From positions 80,910,001 through 80,974,000 of the forward strand of contig NC_043004.1 of NCBI RefSeq assembly GCF_006345805.1: 64,000 bases of DNA, given 5' to 3'. Positions 60,763 to 64,000 of this stretch are shown one piece after another; the first letter of the stretch is position 1; each line of letters begins with the position of its first letter. Under the pieces are notes generated by a model. That model ran no database searches, was not told where the DNA came from, and worked only from the letters and a program-made list of their open reading frames with translations. This stretch comes from Octopus sinensis (lineage: Eukaryota). Made by a program: the position numbers and the translations under genes.

Positions 60763-61724
60763 TTGTACGTGTGTGTGTATGTGTGTAGGTTATAGAAAAT
60801 TTTGAACGAATTATTTTGTTGATCTCCCGACTGGGATTAAATTTACAAACCTTATCGTTATACAGAATTTGCAAAGGTTATCATTATACAAAAAATAAAG
60901 AAAGAAGAAAGAAAAAATAAATATATAAATAAATAAATAAAGAAATAAAGAAAGAAAGAAAGAAAGAAAGAAAGACTTAGAAAAAGATATATTGTTTTGC
61001 TGAATATGTATTTTCGATGCAAAACCCAAATTTAGCAGAGAAACATGAATTCAGCAACTGATCGCTCCAGCAGAATATTGTACTACCCTACATCTATTTC
61101 ATTAGTTCCAACCCGACGCCGAAGTCGTGTTGAGTTTCTGAATAAAAACGGTTTTGTAGATAAAGGGCTTCTCAAACATGTTTTTAAAAAACTATCATTT
61201 CTTTTTATTTTCAACGCTTCCCTTCGTTACAAGTTAACGCCGCCCCCACTAATTTATTATCTCAACCACATCGAATACGAAGCTGGAATAATTTAGTTTT
61301 ATTTAGATCCGGGTACTGGTTTAACGTGGGTGACTACTTATCTCACCCTTTGTCGTGTGGCTTCGGCCAAACACGGATGCGTGATGTTTTGTGCTTTATA
61401 TATAATCTCACATCAGTTCTCAGTTGAAATTTATCTTTATATTCTATTTAAAGTTGTATTTTCCATATGTTGACACATACATGATGATTTATCTGTTTAT
61501 GTGTGAATTTACACATCTCTTGATACACGTGGGTAGATTGTAAGATTAACATATAGCACTCATATCTACAGTTAATAATGTTTAAGTATCTATATATGTC
61601 TATGTATGCATACGCAAGTCAGAATGTTACCTAATGCTACAAGTATAAGTGGTGCCTTTATTGCATATATGGAAATATTCTCAAACATACAGTATACTTT
61701 AAAAGTATACTGTAGTATATTACT

Positions 61725-61945
61725 CTTTTGCTCTTTTACTTGTTTCAGTCATTTGACTGCGGCCATGCTGGAGCACCACCTTTAGTCGAGCAAATCGACC
61801 ACAGGATTTATTCTTTGTAAGCCTAGTACTTATTCTATCGGTCTCTTTTGCCGAACCGCTAAGTTACGGGGATGTGAACACACCAGCATCGGTTTCAAGC
61901 GATGTTGGGGAGACAAACAAACAGACACACAAACATACACACATA
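61725..61945 (-). mobile_element. SINE family A, 3' half, near-consensus
   Basis: CTTTTACTTGTTTCAGTCATTTGACTGCGGCCATGCTGGAGCACC...GATGTTGGGGAGACAAAC. Confidence 0.9.
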
Positions 61946-62129
61946 CGCTGCAGTACTGCTTCTTCTTTTTTTTTCTCTTGTCTTTTTCTTTTTTCCTTTT
62001 TTTTTTTGCTCATGTCTCACGAGAATGTTATTTTCCAGAGCCTAAAGATGTTTGCGCGATTGACCTCTAATTTTACAATGAACCCTATTCATATTCATAA
62101 TGAAAAAGAATCACAGTGCCATAGTTTTG

Positions 62130-62600
62130 ACCAAATCTTCAGATGCTGTTATACACCGCTGATTACAATGCGCTTCCAATTCTGTCTTGATTGCGCCATT
62201 CTTTTTCATCTTGACCCAGATCGCTTAACTAAATCGTTTCTCCATCAACGTGAAGGCCTTTCAAGTGGCCTTTTCCAATCTTTTGGATACCACAGAACAT
62301 CTCCATGGGTCCACCTGTTGTCTGCGAACTTTGCGATATGTCAGGCACAGTGGAATTCGTGCTTTCGGTATTCCGCGATCACATCGTCCATTCCACTTCG
62401 TTCTCGAATTATCTCATTTTGAATTTGCTTCTTGTCTCTCTTTATTGATTTAAATGCCTTCCATCCTGCCATTATTCTCTTTGAAAGTTCAGTATCCATT
62501 TCTTGGCGCATATTTACAGTGTGTCCTAAGTAGACATACTCCTTTACCTCTACGATTTTTTCGCTTTGCATCTATAGAAATGGCACTAAAAATGAATACA
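62130..62600 (-). mobile_element. RTE-1-type LINE 3' fragment with internal deletion
   Basis: IVEVKEYVYLGHTV, ELSKRIMAGWKAF, NEIIRERSGMDDVI, HIAKFADNRWT, KRPLERPS, AQSRQNWK. Confidence 0.85.
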
Positions 62601-62849
62601 TCGAACATTCGCGAAATTTTCAAACGATTTAAAACTACCATCTTGTGTAACCACGAAATATTTAGTTGTTTATTCCTCGCTGGTCGAGAGGCCACGTAAT
62701 GGCTCCCATTTGAGCTCGTAGAGGTATCTAATTTGGCATGTTTCGGTTCGATTTCTCCAATTTGCGGGCCGGATACTTTAAAAATCTATGTGGCCTTAGT
62801 TTAATGTGAGAAACTGGCATATTTTATTATCGTCTAATGAATGTCTTTT

Positions 62850-63400
62850 CAGGTGTGGACGGTTTCTTCACCCTGCGTGCATCTCGGACATGCTCGGCTG
62901 GCGGCACTTCCCTATTTATAGAGTTTATCTTGAACAAGCAATCATCTCCGGTAGCACTGTCAGATCAGGGAAATCTGGACGTTATCCATCGGCCCTGAGC
63001 TGCAAATTCTCCTGAAGGGAGCGGCTAGTTGATCATCTTCGATGCCCAGGGTCTCCCCAAGAAAGTCGTCGCAATCTACCACCACTAATCTTCTGTAGAA
63101 CGCTAAAGTGGGCTTTCTACCCATTGCAGTGACCAACTGGCTGAGAGCTGTGAGTCCTTAAAGACACTCAACTTCCCATATGCTTCTTCTCGTTCTTTGT
63201 TTGACCCAGGACTGCAGCTCATTGAAGGAGACCAGCTGGGAAAAACTCGAGTCTGGCGAACAGCGTCTACATCTGTTCACCGTCAAGGAAACGCTGGAGA
63301 TGTCGTAGCCTCAGCGCAAGTTTGAGCATCATCAGTCACGGTATGCCCAATCCACCATGCAGCGGATATTAATGTAGGCAACGAAGAAAGTAATTGTCAT
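62850..63400 (-). mobile_element. L1/Tx1-like LINE fragment, same family as 42380-43810
   Basis: Reverse complement CTGAGGCTACGACATCTCCAGCGTTTCCTTGACGGTGAACAGATG...GAGCTGCAGTCCTGGGTCAAAC aligns with 42835-42945. Confidence 0.7.
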
Positions 63401-63679
63401 CCCAGTAGCTGGAGGGGCACTGCGGGCATTAACAACCAGGTTTGAGAAATTTGTTGGGAGAAATTGGGACTGACACGAGGGTAGAGTATAAAACAGTTCA
63501 GAAAAGCAGTTCAGAAAACTTGCTTTATTGATGACAATGAAGATTTGGAAACTGGTACTTAGACGTTAAGAATAGTGGAAAGAGACTCTGTGAGAACCTT
63601 GACGACAGATTGTTGTCCACTCTTACAAAATTAACCGGAGCAAGTGAAATCGAGAGCTCTGAGAAGTGAAATGTATAAT

Positions 63680-63686
63680 AATAATG

Positions 63687-63744
<58 letters not shown>

Positions 63745-64000
63745 TAATAATAATAATAAATGCCCTGATGCAGTACCAGGCAGTGGCTCTCATGGCTTCT
63801 GATCTTAACTGATTGGAGGTGTTATCATGTACATTGTTTTGTCTTGGTATAAAAGATGGGCTACAGCAAATATTCTGCTCAATACCACAGATTTGCTTGT
63901 CAGTTGCTTGACCGTAACCAGTTGAGCATGTCTCTTAGTGGTTGACAATACGTGCATCTCTGATCACGAGCAGAAGTAGTGGGGGAGCATCATAGCCATG
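63680..64000 (-). mobile_element. 3' end of a dispersed retroposon with (ATT)n tail
   Basis: Reverse complement ...CCATGAGAGCCACTGCCTGGTACTGCATCAGGGCATTT followed by (ATT)n; continues past the window edge. Confidence 0.6.

Overview
AT-rich, repeat-saturated animal genomic DNA. The SINE families and microsatellite load strongly suggest an Octopus genome (inferred from recognised repeats). There is a 100-N scaffold gap at 19367-19466. No host protein-coding gene or exon chain can be supported; almost all ORFs in the track are microsatellite or low-complexity read-throughs, or transposon debris. Contents: dozens of tRNA-derived SINE copies from at least 3-4 families (one forms head-to-tail multimers with recurrent junctions), fragments of RTE, CR1/L2-type and L1/Tx1-type LINEs, decayed Tc1 and mariner transposons, several MITE/foldback elements, and many (TA)n, (CA)n, (CT)n, (AAT)n, (ATC)n and (ATAC)n tracts. 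The most notable signal is a population of hammerhead-ribozyme motifs: about a dozen intact or decayed copies from several distinct families. They sit in short non-coding, microsatellite-flanked, partially tandem elements resembling Penelope-like or retrozyme elements. One pair lies in a 411-bp head-to-tail repeat whose double self-cleavage would release a unit-length RNA. Boundaries of decayed elements are approximate (tens of bp), and all folds were done by eye.
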